Assembly: GCA_002104905.1 (NCBI GenBank)
Contig: MCFE01000449.1
Location: 1-64,000, forward strand
Length of the DNA: 64,000 nt
Direction: 5' to 3'
Source of the DNA: Basidiobolus meristosporus CBS 931.73
Taxonomy: Eukaryota > Fungi > Basidiobolomycota
Position 1 is the stretch's first letter, and each line of letters starts with the position of its first letter. A program made the position numbers and the translations under genes. Shown one piece after another: positions 10,981 to 21,900 of the stretch. The notes beneath the pieces were generated by a model. That model searched no databases. It was not told the origin of the DNA and saw only the letters and a program-made list of their open reading frames with translations.

Positions 10981-12390
10981 AAGAAACAGATACACAATCA
11001 CTAGTAGGGAGTCTAGCCCTAATTCTTTAGCTTACCAGCCACAAACGGGCGTCTATTTAAATCCCACGTTTTTCTAATATTGGGATTGTCATCAAACCAG
11101 TGATTATTCTTACGTGGCCATAGTGGGAAACTGTATATAATTGGGATACAATATATTTTGATATTGTATCCAAATTGAGTAAATATTGGTTGCCATCAAA
11201 GCACACTCCCTTCCCCTTTTTGGTGTGTACCCTTGTTGGAGAGTTAGTGTTCATATAACACCGATCGGATCGCTCTCTCGGATATTCTATGGAACTAATC
11301 AAATCTACTTGTATAGGACAGTTTCACACAGACTCTAATGAACAAAACGACGATCGCCAAGACTAACATCCCAAAAACTGTACGGCATGTTGAAAATCTT
11401 TGGGAACTGTCAGCTTTGTATGTTCAAATCACATTGCAAGGTATTTATTGGAATTGGACATTACTGCAGTAGCTTACGCTTGGCGAGCAAAATTTTGGGT
11501 CCAGTAATTGCCATTGGCAACATACCCGGAGCCAAAGTGGGTGTATTGCGATCCAAGAATGTTGCTGCGATGGCCTGGTGAGTTCATCCAGCCATTCATG
11601 ACCGCTTCGATGCTTCCATATCCCTTGGCCACATTCTCGCCCACCGCACTCCACTTGAACCCGGTTTCGGAAACACGCGTACTGAGAGGCCTACCAGGCT
11701 CGTCATGAGTCATCTGACCAACACGGGCCTGATAGTCAGTATGCTTCTGAGCAGAAAGCACTAGGCGGTCGTCCAGTTTCAGTGCGGGTTGGCCATTCAT
11801 CTGGCGCTGTTGATTGACCAGCTCAAGCATCTTTTGCACATCTCCATTCCCAGAGCCAGTCTGAGGAGGCGAAGTTGGTGAGGTCGGTGGAGTGGGTGGA
11901 GCAGGCGAGGTGGGGAACCTGTGAAAGCCACCATTAGGAATCTTTACCGGGTGACCGATTGGAGCAGTGAGCACCAGCACTGCTTGAAGAATAAGAAATG
12001 TGAGACACACGGCAGTAGACCAGCTTTTCATGTTTGCGATTTCGATTGGATACTCATCTGTGTTGGAAAGATGAGCTCTTTTATATATTACCTCACCATA
12101 AGAGCACGATCCATGAATTGTTACGAAAAGCTTCGTTCTATTACACAGCATTAATATAGAGGGATCCCTTGAGTATGGACTTCTATACCAAGAAGTTCAC
12201 GGGCTACTATATATTTCATCAAAGCCGTTAAAGATCAGATGCGGCAAGTTTGCAGCTCATAGTCAGGTAATGTTGAATGAGTCCGGCACTAAATGTAGTA
12301 CATGCTATGGAGTTGTATTACAGTAGTATAGGATTGTCGGATGGATGAGACACTACCCATTATGGTACTTGACATAGCAGGAAAAGTGAA
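10981..12390. repeat. Tandem segmental duplication unit B
   Basis: Homologous to 8683-10150. It starts AAGAAACAGATACACAATC in both copies. Confidence 0.95.
11474..12031 (-). CDS. Secreted CAP/SCP-domain protein (185 aa), copy B
   Basis: Same architecture as copy A, with 5 aa differences, all within the first 44 residues (C3S, A6T, T7A, S33N, T44A, written A to B). Confidence 0.93.
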   Translation of the reverse strand: MKSWSTAVCLTFLILQAVLVLTAPIGHPVKIPNGGFHRFPTSPAPPTPPTSPTSPPQTGSGNGDVQKMLELVNQQRQMNGQPALKLDDRLVLSAQKHTDYQARVGQMTHDEPGRPLSTRVSETGFKWSAVGENVAKGYGSIEAVMNGWMNSPGHRSNILGSQYTHFGSGYVANGNYWTQNFARQA

Positions 12391-14681
12391 CCGCTGAAAA
12401 TCAATCGACAGCTTAATTGTGTAACTGATTATGCGAGTATTTGTGCGACAAGACCAAAGCTGAACTGATCTAGTGCCATAATTAACATTTGTATTGTGAT
12501 GGTGGATAATAGTTCCAGAGCTATCATAATATTGTATACGAAAACCCTGTTGTTGTTGGGCAGCACCGTAAACGTTTATTGAAGAAATATTTTGATTGTA
12601 TATACTATTACCACGGTAAGTCAAAAACAATGATCGTCCATCAGCACCAGCGACATTTTAGTGATAACACATCGATATATAACTTCGACTGGATTTTGGA
12701 AGCTCCATTGACTGAAAATTCTTGCAACTTGGAACAATAGGCACAGAAGAAACGCCAGTCAGGACCACATCTATCTATAAAGTGGTACATGCAGGTTATG
12801 TTTATGGGAACTGGAACTGAATGTGTTGATGCTATACTGGAGCGCATATATCAGAATAGACACAGCAAACTATTCAAATGTTTTAAACGGACCCGGCTAG
12901 AGGTCGACTGGTGTACTGTTTCAGTCTATCAGAAGATTTAACACCACCCGTTGATTTGTAATCCCACGTTTACCAAGTCTGTGGGAGTTAACTGCCCCAT
13001 CCAAAATACTTGGCAAAAAAGGAGAACATGTGGCTAAGATCAGACTCCAGACGGCTTACTACCAATGGGTGAGAATTTGTTCAAAGTGACATAGTGAAGG
13101 AGCATTAGATGAATATTACTGGAAGCATTCCAATGCCATGTTGATTAACTTGCGCCTGAAATGCGGAATTGTTGTAATTCATCAGTGGTGATGACCGCCC
13201 TAAGGAAAGTGATTAAGTGGGAGAGACAAATGCAAGTGGAAATTTTGTAAAACGGGCTGATTTCATTTTAGGGATATTACTGCTTCACTGGATTTCTTCG
13301 AAAGATGGGTAAACTTCTCATGTTTATATGCTCCTTAGTATTTGAAAGGTTGTTAAGGGGCACCCGTTTCATCAAATGCCACTTGCGACTTGTTTGGTAA
13401 TTTCGTAATAGGGGCGAGCTGGAGTTTCCTGCAAATGTTTCATCGAATTATTATTCCAATGACATCAGCCCCTCTTTGGATTGGATATGGTAAGTGCCTT
13501 GTATGTTATTCTCATGTTGCTTTATTGAGTTCAAGTATTTAACCTTTGGTTACTTTGTAGAACTAATGGTAGATATTTCTTGCGAAAGGTACCAGTAAGT
13601 GGTGTGTAAGGTCTGGGGGCTTTTGATACCTACAACACATATATCTTTGAAATAGATGAGCTGGCAGTTCTCAAGTATGGCATGAGGATAATGCACGTAC
13701 AACATCTCCAGGAGATATGCTGCTTGTCCTTGAGAGGGATAGAACTCTTAATCTTGAAAGCTTTAACTTTGAGGAAACTTAAACTTCTCTGGTTGGCTGA
13801 TCATTGGTAAACTTTCTCATAGAAACTTTGCTAGTCTTTGTGATTATTGTAATAGGAATAGGTTATAAAAGGCTGATGTAGGGATTCAGAGATAACGGAG
13901 GTGAATTGGATCACCAGTATATTATGACTCATTCACTTGATGTTCAGTTGATCTTAAAGATAATGTTTATGCTTGGAATTTGTGGGGAAATGATGCACTG
14001 TATATACAAGAAGATTTTAAAAGCAGATGTGTAACGCTTTGAGTCTTTATGCTGACTTTAATAAATATACACAATTGGGCATGCAAGCTTATTAAACACA
14101 ACCAAAGCCCTAGCAGAGAGATTGATCTGAAGTGAATGAAATATATGTGCCTGGATCCAGGTGTCAAAGTTGGTTTATATATATTGGTGTGAATATAGTA
14201 TTTTAGCACTTCTGACATGGTTTTTATTATAAATCAGGTAATATACAAATGAATGGCTATTCTAATATTCCCAGATTCCATTGCAAAGTGTTTTTGTAAA
14301 GTGTTTATTTTTCAAAAGGATTCAACTGGCCAGGTACCTAAAATGAAAAGTGGTAGTCGTGAGCCGCAGTAATACACACCAGAAGTCCATACTATATTTG
14401 TATCACTGCGAGAGCATGATGTAGAGGAGCATTTATGTTTTCAATTTAGTGGCCTAGCATCGAATATGTATATAGTTGAAATCCAAACGTCTGTATTTCA
14501 GCCGGAAATACCCACTTGTGGGGTAACTGAAATTTAAAATATTTGACCGATTTTATTTGCCAGGACCATCTACTCGATTTACCTCGGACATAACTATGGA
14601 TTTTGTTCTCTAAATAATTCGATAATAAACGCTGACGATGGTGATGGTTTCGTATGATATTTTGGCAAGAAGGAATAAAAA

Positions 14682-14754
14682 CGAGGCGCATGGGACTCGA
14701 ACCCACAATCCCCAGATCCGAAGTCTGATGCCTTATCCATTAGGCCAACGCCCC
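14682..14754 (-). tRNA. tRNA-Arg(UCG), intronless
   Basis: GGGGCGTTGGCCTAATGGATAAGGCATCAGACTTCGGATCTGGGGATTGTGGGTTCGAGTCCCATGCGCCTCG forms a 73-nt cloverleaf with anticodon TCG and T-loop TTCGAGT. A T5 Pol III terminator follows immediately. Confidence 0.95.
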
Positions 14755-15643
14755 GTTGCTAAACTTCAGTGATTTGCTAGAAAGTCAGATAATTCTCTAT
14801 AAAAAATCATCATCATACAAGCTAAGGATGCTGCCGTTTGCTGACTATATCTGGACATCGTATAATGGTTTATACGATAAGCCTCATTAAACAAACATGC
14901 TGACATTTGTAGGCATTTTCCATGAGTTTGCTTGCTGGTACTGGTATATATTTGCTGGTATTTGTGATATTTATGCCAGTAGTACTCCTGTCTATTGGCA
15001 ACTCAAATCAAACGCCAACCGACAGCTTCTCCTGCTACTCCGCATTGGGAAGAAATATTCCCATTTACTTCCTATTGATAACGCTAGTGAAAGATTGCGA
15101 ATATCCGTTTATTTGGACAGAAGAACCGATACAGATAACCCGGTAGATGTTTCTGGCAGCAAGGAATATGGTAATTGAATGCATGAGCGGCTTAGAGCAA
15201 CATACATAAGAGGTAAGTAGCACTGGAAATGAGAGACCCACGCCACCGTACAACTGTTCAGTAACCTGAAGCTTAATATGGTGCTCTCACTTGTTACTTT
15301 GCGCAACTCTGACTTGAACATTTATTATTGGTAACACGTCTGCGCTCATGGCAACTCAATATTAATCCTGGAGCCACACATCTCACTGTCAGTATTAAAT
15401 ATGTAAGCAGCTTATTTATGGTTAATTATCGTGATATCGACATGGATTTTATCCCTAGCCAGCATCAGCTCTAACCAATAAATGACCAGAGCGTACAACT
15501 TTAACCGGATTCCTAGACAATGGTGATAACCACGAGCAACCATAAAGCGCTCATCGCGGATAAGCTTAATCTTTGTATTACAATACTCATCAAATGGGAC
15601 CATCAACAGTTTTGTGGTGAGCAACGCTTCTTCGATATAAAGG

Positions 15644-15651
15644 TATAAATA
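15644..15651 (+). promoter_or_regulatory. TATA box of the small secreted protein gene
   Basis: TATAAATA lies about 40 nt upstream of the ATG at 15686. Confidence 0.55.
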
Positions 15652-15685
15652 AAGCTGCTTGAGCTCAGCCTCAGGTCATTCGAAA

Positions 15686-16069
15686 ATGAAGCCCTTCGCC
15701 CTTGTCGCTGCTTCTGCTCTGGTGCTTATGGCAGGTGCTGATGCCTGGTGTTTCCGTGCATTCAACCAGCAAAACTACTGTGGCAAATTCTCCGAACACC
15801 ATCGTTATACTGGTGGTGGTGGCTGCTTCAACCTAATCTCACCCGTGGCTGGAAACGTAAACTCCTTCAGTTATGTTGCTTCCGGCTCCTGCGATATCTC
15901 TTTCCACTCTGACTACGGTTGCAACGGTAGCAAATTAGGATCTACCGTTGGTTCATGGAACAAGGCTACAACCTCCGCCAGCGGTAAAAAAATGAAATCG
16001 TTCAGAATCTCCGGTGCACTTTGCAAACTAGATGCAAGACAGTGCAGCGAAGCCAAAAAGTGCAAATAA
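15686..16069 (+). CDS. Small secreted cysteine-rich protein (127 aa, 8 Cys), probable beta/gamma-crystallin-like fold
   Basis: Signal peptide MKPFALVAASALVLMAGADA. Greek-key-like motifs FNQQNYCG...NVNSF and FHSDYGCNG...KMKSF. Intronless, with a TATA box upstream. Confidence 0.8.
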   Translation: MKPFALVAASALVLMAGADAWCFRAFNQQNYCGKFSEHHRYTGGGGCFNLISPVAGNVNSFSYVASGSCDISFHSDYGCNGSKLGSTVGSWNKATTSASGKKMKSFRISGALCKLDARQCSEAKKCK

Positions 16070-16287
16070 AAAGTACGATTGTAACGGGTGGTTCATCATC
16101 CAGCATTGGACGTCATATTCAGGATATTAACCTCATAGTACAGCTACCGAGGTTGGAGATTTGATTAGCACTGCATGTGTATCCTGAGTGGACGGATTAT
16201 GATATATTATCTTAGTGAGTACGATTGCCAATACATTCACCGATAAAGTTTGTGAGAGAAGACTAGCAACAATGGCACCTATTGGTG

Positions 16288-17486
16288 TCAACCGAAAGAT
16301 GCTTCCTGAGATAGTTGCAGAAGTGCATTAACCACCGAGGCCTCCTCCAAGACAGGGCCTAATGACGTATATTTCGTGTTATATCGGAACCAGTTAACCA
16401 GCTTGTCAATATCATTCAAATGGGGAAATTTTGAGAAGAGCGCCCAGGCCGCTTCGCATGTTATATGTTTGGTGCCTAGGTTGTCACGCATCAATACCAA
16501 GCACTATCTTCCGAAAAATCCGTTCAATACTTACCTCTTTGTTCGCGATCGTCAGCTACTTGTCCTGCATCGTCATATTCTGCCAACCCGGCACAGCATC
16601 GGGATTCTTGTTCCTCGGTGCTGCTTTCGTTACAGTCGAATAATCCCGCACAGCACTGCGACTCCTGAGTCTCCATTTCCGTATCCACACCACTTACTGC
16701 TGCAGGTGCAATTCTGCCTGGATTACGTAATTTTTCCAATGGCTCCACCTCGTTAGATAGCACAATTTCCCCAAATTCATTCTTTTGAAAGACGCCTAGC
16801 ATGCTTTCAAGGCTTCTCTCCCTACGCTCCACATCCTGGCAAGCAAAGGTGGCGATGGCTTGACAGAATTTCTCCGCACGGTGGTCGCTTCGGGTCCTGG
16901 AACAACAGAATTTGGCTACTGCTTCGCTCACCCTCCTCGATTGGTCATTAGAAGCTGGTTGCTCACGTGCCACGGTAATCACCTCCCCTTGTTCACTTTG
17001 CAAGGCAGTACTTGAGGTCTGTTTATTCTCGAGGCGCCTAGAGGGTGCAATCGGCTGAAAAGGTTCGTAACTAGTAGGGGTCTAAATCAATCCAGTGCTA
17101 TGTAAGCCGATCACTTTCCTACACGAGTAAAATCTATAAATAGTCGTCGCTTACTGGCAAAAAGGGCCGTTGGCCTTGTCGCAATTGCTGGTTCTCTCGT
17201 TGAAGTCGAAGAACCAGGTTCTTCAGCTGGGCGTTTTCTTCCGAAAGTTTCCGGGCGATTTCCTGGAATTTGGCCAATTGCTGGGTGCGTTCTATGTCCG
17301 ACACGAGAGCCTTTTCTTCCAAGGCTTTCACATACTGCGCTTTACGTTCTCTAAAGGCCCGTTGGGCTTCTCTGGCTTTCTTCACAAAGGGAAAATAATA
17401 AACGACTGGAACTGTGAAATTGGCAGCCTGGCTATACCTACTGAGGGTGGCAGACTCGGGTCTCTCTTGCGACCTCTTTTGTTCAT
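16288..17486 (-). CDS. AP-1/Yap-like bZIP transcription factor with a C-terminal PAP1-like domain (~325 aa, 4 exons)
   Basis: Exons 17486-17442, 17379-17155, ~17054-16535 (acceptor uncertain) and 16475-16288, with GT-AG introns. Basic region RGRKRDPSLPPSKAREAQRAFRERK plus a leucine zipper. C-terminus ITCEAAWALFSKFPHLNDIDKL...GPVLEE. Confidence 0.85.
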
Positions 17487-17747
17487 TTGATGTGTTGGTG
17501 AAAGTTTCGACCTGAATGTCGATTTCATAATCAAAGTGATCATCTGATTGGAACGACCAACCACTGGATTTAATGAATTTCGTATTTTTGGCCTCAGAAC
17601 AGAACAGAGACCAATATTCAAGCGGCAACTTGATGAAGATCCACTGCACATCTAATCGGCGTAATAGTGATAAAAAAGGGATAGCAGAGTGTTGGTGGCC
17701 ATCATATACAGCATCAACCTGTATGTGTGCGAAACATGCATGCGAAA

Positions 17748-17807
17748 GAGGAAACAAGCAAGAAATCAAATGAGGAAACAAGCAAGAAATCAAATGAGGA
17801 AACAAGC
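17748..17807. repeat. 24-bp tandem repeat x2.5 (GAGGAAACAAGCAAGAAATCAAAT) upstream of the bZIP gene
   Basis: Perfect copies at 17748-17771 and 17772-17795, and a partial copy at 17796-17807. Confidence 0.95.
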
Positions 17808-18583
17808 TGACCATCGAAAAAGGAATCAACACAAGCCCACAAGTAAATGGAGCAAATCATCGCCACATCTCTTTGCAGTGATATGTTTTCTCCAAGTCCT
17901 ATCACGCCAGCCATACAGGCCGGCCTACATCCCCAGGTCACTCTTCCGAATCTGCATCGGAAATCTGATGGAGTTCACCCACTCCTCCGGAGCTGCCTGC
18001 AGCCTTAGCCTCACCACGCTGAATTTTATGCTTCACTTGTTCCCGGACACATTCATGCTCGACTGCTACTCCATCACACATCACACATAGCACATTCCAC
18101 ATTCCACACATACTCCACCCATTCCCCGCCCTGATAGCATCACCCACACAAAGCTGCTTATTTTTAATAGAGTTGGCGGGCAACTTGGTAGCGCGCCATT
18201 TGCTGATGTTTAATATGTCTGAGTCATACTGGGCACTAATTGACCCTCGATCTACAAATTTCTATACTAATTAGAACAAAGCAAAGCCTACATAAAGTGA
18301 GTGAACGTTAATCGTGGACTCGCCTCAGCCGAATGCATAGATATTTATGTTGTCCGCTTAATGTAAGAGGGTTTATGTACGTACAGTAAAGTGAGGTCGG
18401 GAGTTCGGAGATTGGGTAGCATGATCCACTCGTGAACCCCACCCCCATGGCCATCCTCGTGTGATCTCAACGCCGGATTTCCTATAAAGAGGCCGCATCT
18501 GCCCAGAAGGTGATGAGTATCAAGCTATTCTTGGCTTTCAAACTTACCAATACTGGCCATATTTAGTCATTCTCATATTAGCC

Positions 18584-20226
18584 ATGTTTGCTTGGAACAG
18601 TTTGCATACCTTTTCGAAGCTGTTAAGCGCCACACAACAGTCCGAGTTGGACGTATTTACTGCCATCCTACAACGCCGTACCCTCTCCGCAATTAGTCAA
18701 CAGGTAGATGATCCCCTTTCCCATTCCCATTCCCATTCCCATTCCAGATCCCCCTGCCTCATCCTCCCTGACACATGACTAATATGGTTTGATTTTTACA
18801 GAACACTGCCCCATGTGAAACTGTGCCATCTTCCCCTATCAAGCCATGCGCAAAGGGGTCCAAGAAATCCCAGAAACGACAACGGAAACGAACCCACAGA
18901 TTTGTAGCTCTGCCCACAGTGAAAGCAGACGAGTTTCGAGTGGAGAGCGTGGAAGACAGCCCTGCTTTTATCGCTAGGCCCACGACCCCATCTCTTCCTA
19001 GTATCGAGACCACACTCATCGAGAGTACAAGCCCCGTACCTTCACTCTACGACGGCTCCTCCGACTCGAGCGATACCTGCGATACGTCGAGTATTCAACA
19101 TGATGAATGCGACGACTATATCCAAACAAACGTGGAGTGGCAGCCATGCGAAGATGACGAGGACGATAGTGATCGGATGTCATCCGTCATGGACGAGAGC
19201 AACCCAGACTGTCAGACCCGGAGCTGGAATTATTTCACCCCCGAAGAAGAGCTGGATAGCGGCGCCTTCATCGCGATGTCATGGAACACGCTTTCACCCA
19301 ACCTCGCGAGCACTAGCCGCTTCCATTGCCATAGCTGGCCCTACCTCGACTGGGAGTATCGCAAGCACTCGATTCTAGGCCAGATCATCGGTCTACTTCC
19401 CGACTTTGTTTGCCTGCAAGAGGTGGAGCCGGAGGATTTCGCGGATTTCTTCCTTCCAGCCTTGGAGCAGTACGGGTACACCGGCTTCTACGAGAACAAG
19501 AGTAACCAGGTGGTTCAAGATGGCTGTGCTACATTCTACAAGCAGCATCGCTTCGAACTGATCAAAACCCATGTGATTCGTTACAACGAGACCAACCTCG
19601 ACGACGAGCATCGCCATTCCCTGGCACGTGACACGGCCATCCGATTCAACATGTTCAACAACCTGGCTTTGGTTGGGATCTTCCGCAACCGGGAGACCCA
19701 GTCGAAACTTTGTGTCGCCAACACCCACCTACTGGCCGATCCGGAATATCCGGACGCGAAATTGCTTCAAGCGGCGATCTTGATCGACCGCCTCCAGAAG
19801 TTCAAGAACCCAACGGTCATCTGCGGCGACTTGAACTCGCTTCCGACCAGCGCGGTACTACAGTACCTGGTCTCCGGACGTGCCCCCTCGTCGGCATTCA
19901 GCGGACACGATTTCGGTCGGTACAGCGCACATCCCCTTCGTCACCAGATGAGGCTTCGCAGCGCGTGCACCGAAAAAAGCTCCCCAAACCTGCGCTTCAC
20001 CAACCGCACCAAGAATTTCCGAGGGGTGATTGACCACATCCTATACACGCTGCACTCGCTTGACCTGCTGGCGGTTCTGGACGGCTTGCCGAAAGACCAG
20101 GGGCACCTAACCCTCCCCAACTGGCATTGCCCGTCGGACCATCTCCCTCTCGTGGCGGTGTTTTGTGAAAAGGATGGGATCCGCACCGCCCTTCGCAAGA
20201 AACTTCAAAAATCCTCCACCAAGTAA
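18584..20226 (+). CDS. CCR4/nocturnin/Angel-family EEP nuclease without leucine-rich repeats (~514 aa, 2 exons)
   Basis: Exon 1 is 18584-18703, the intron is 18704-18801 (GT...CAG, in frame) and exon 2 is 18802-20226. Motifs: SWNTL, DFVCLQEV, GCATFY, NTHL, GDLNSLP, GVIDHILY, PSDHLPL. Confidence 0.9.
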
Positions 20227-20401
20227 CCTAACCCCCTCCCACCCACGCTACCTAATTCGACTAATCTCTACTAACCACCACCCTTTTCGCACCCACCGAA
20301 ACCTGTACATATATCCCGCCTGATTCAAAATAGATGATGTATATATAGTGACCACCGATAGACCGATTATTTATTTAATAAATCCAACATTCCACTAGTG
20401 A

Positions 20402-21617
20402 CTACTCCGGTATCACCACGTCCGTCATTCGCCACATGTACCAGGATGCGATGCTCCGGTATGGCTTCCAATGCTCCGCCAGCTCCATCATCTCCTTGGG
20501 CGTGGGCAGGTAGGTGTTCCCGGCGAATGCGGATTTCCTCTTGGCGGGGGACAACCCACCCGGCGCCTTCAGCCCAAAGTGGAGGCTCATGGACTTCCGG
20601 ACCGCCAGATCTAGCACCGGCAGCACGTCCAATCGGCGCAGATCGAACATGAGGAACATGTCGACGGTCCACTAGTATGGAGATCCATCGTCGGTGAGTG
20701 GACCAGCCGCTTGCCAATGATACTAACAAACTCCACCTACCGGTCCGATCCCTTTGATGGTGCACAGCGTTTTGGACAACGTTTCGTCGTCCATGACTCG
20801 GAGTTTGGTATCGTCAATGGTGCCATCCGAGAACTTACTGGCCAAATCTTTAACGTACTCGACCTGAGGAAGCCAATGTGAGATGAGGTGGGTGCGTGCG
20901 TTACTCGGATTCGACCAGATCACGCCTCACCTTTCTACCGGACAGTCCAGCGCCTCTGAGCTTCTCCACTTCCGTAGCCAGTACTTTGTGAGGAGATGGG
21001 AACTCCAGTTCCATTGGGTCTTCCGTGACTGCGTCCGGATGATAGATCAGGATGAACCTCTTCATAATGGTGGCGGCAGCTTTACCCGAGATCTGTTGGT
21101 AGATTATACTCTTACACAGGGATTTGAACCCGTTCACTTCACCCTTCGCCTGCTCCAAAATCGTGCAATCCCGGTTACACCTGCTGATGAATTCCCCCAG
21201 CTTGGTGTCCGCCGCGATCAAATGCTTCAAAGCGGGATGCTCCAGGTGTTTTGACTGGACCAGGGGGCCGGTCATGTATTTCTCCTGGTCGGTTGGAGCC
21301 GAAACTACTGGTACTTGGCAGAAGGTAAGGGGAAATCTCTGAATGGAGCCAGAATCAAAGTGTAATCTACCTTCGGTGGTCTCTTCCTTGACTGGAAGTG
21401 TCATAGCGTGGCTGACCTTCTTCGGGGATACTCTGGAAACGGGGATCGGTTAGAATGGGTGTTGGCGATGCACGCTCCCGGACCTTCTTGGCAGTTACCT
21501 TTTCTTTGTCTGCTTGAATGTGATACTCAACGCGGTCATCGGGGCAGACCGATCCCCTTCCTCTTTGACTGCAAGTCTAGCGCTTCTCCTTACCGCTGCC
21601 AATCCTTTCTCTTTCAT
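20402..21617 (-). CDS. MAG1: DNA-3-methyladenine glycosylase, HhH-GPD/AlkA family (337 aa, 4 exons)
   Basis: Exons 21617-21499, 21432-20931, 20863-20741 and 20671-20402 splice in frame (1014 nt). Motifs: [56 protein letters not shown]. Confidence 0.92.
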
Positions 21618-21900
21618 GGGTGTGGTCCAGAGAAAGAGGCCCGTTTGTTCCAGTGATCCATTTATCTCGAAATTCCGGACGTGCGAATTACCAATCTCTT
21701 TGCATGAGAAAGAGTCACAGGGATGCGCCGCAGCCATGTGCACGTGATTGGGCAGAACCAAACTTTATTTATCTTGGGTATAAACGATCAAGGTATAGGA
21801 AGTGTGACATGCGACATGTGGTATTACTTGCTATTCATAGTAGCACCAAGATAGGAAGCTCAACGCTTACTTGGGATAAAACTCTTTCGCAGCAGGGTTA

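Noticed and set aside
14897-15178. Short ORFs with hydrophobic N-termini next to the tRNA
   Set aside because: No recognisable domain and two overlapping frames are equally weak, so I could not support a gene.
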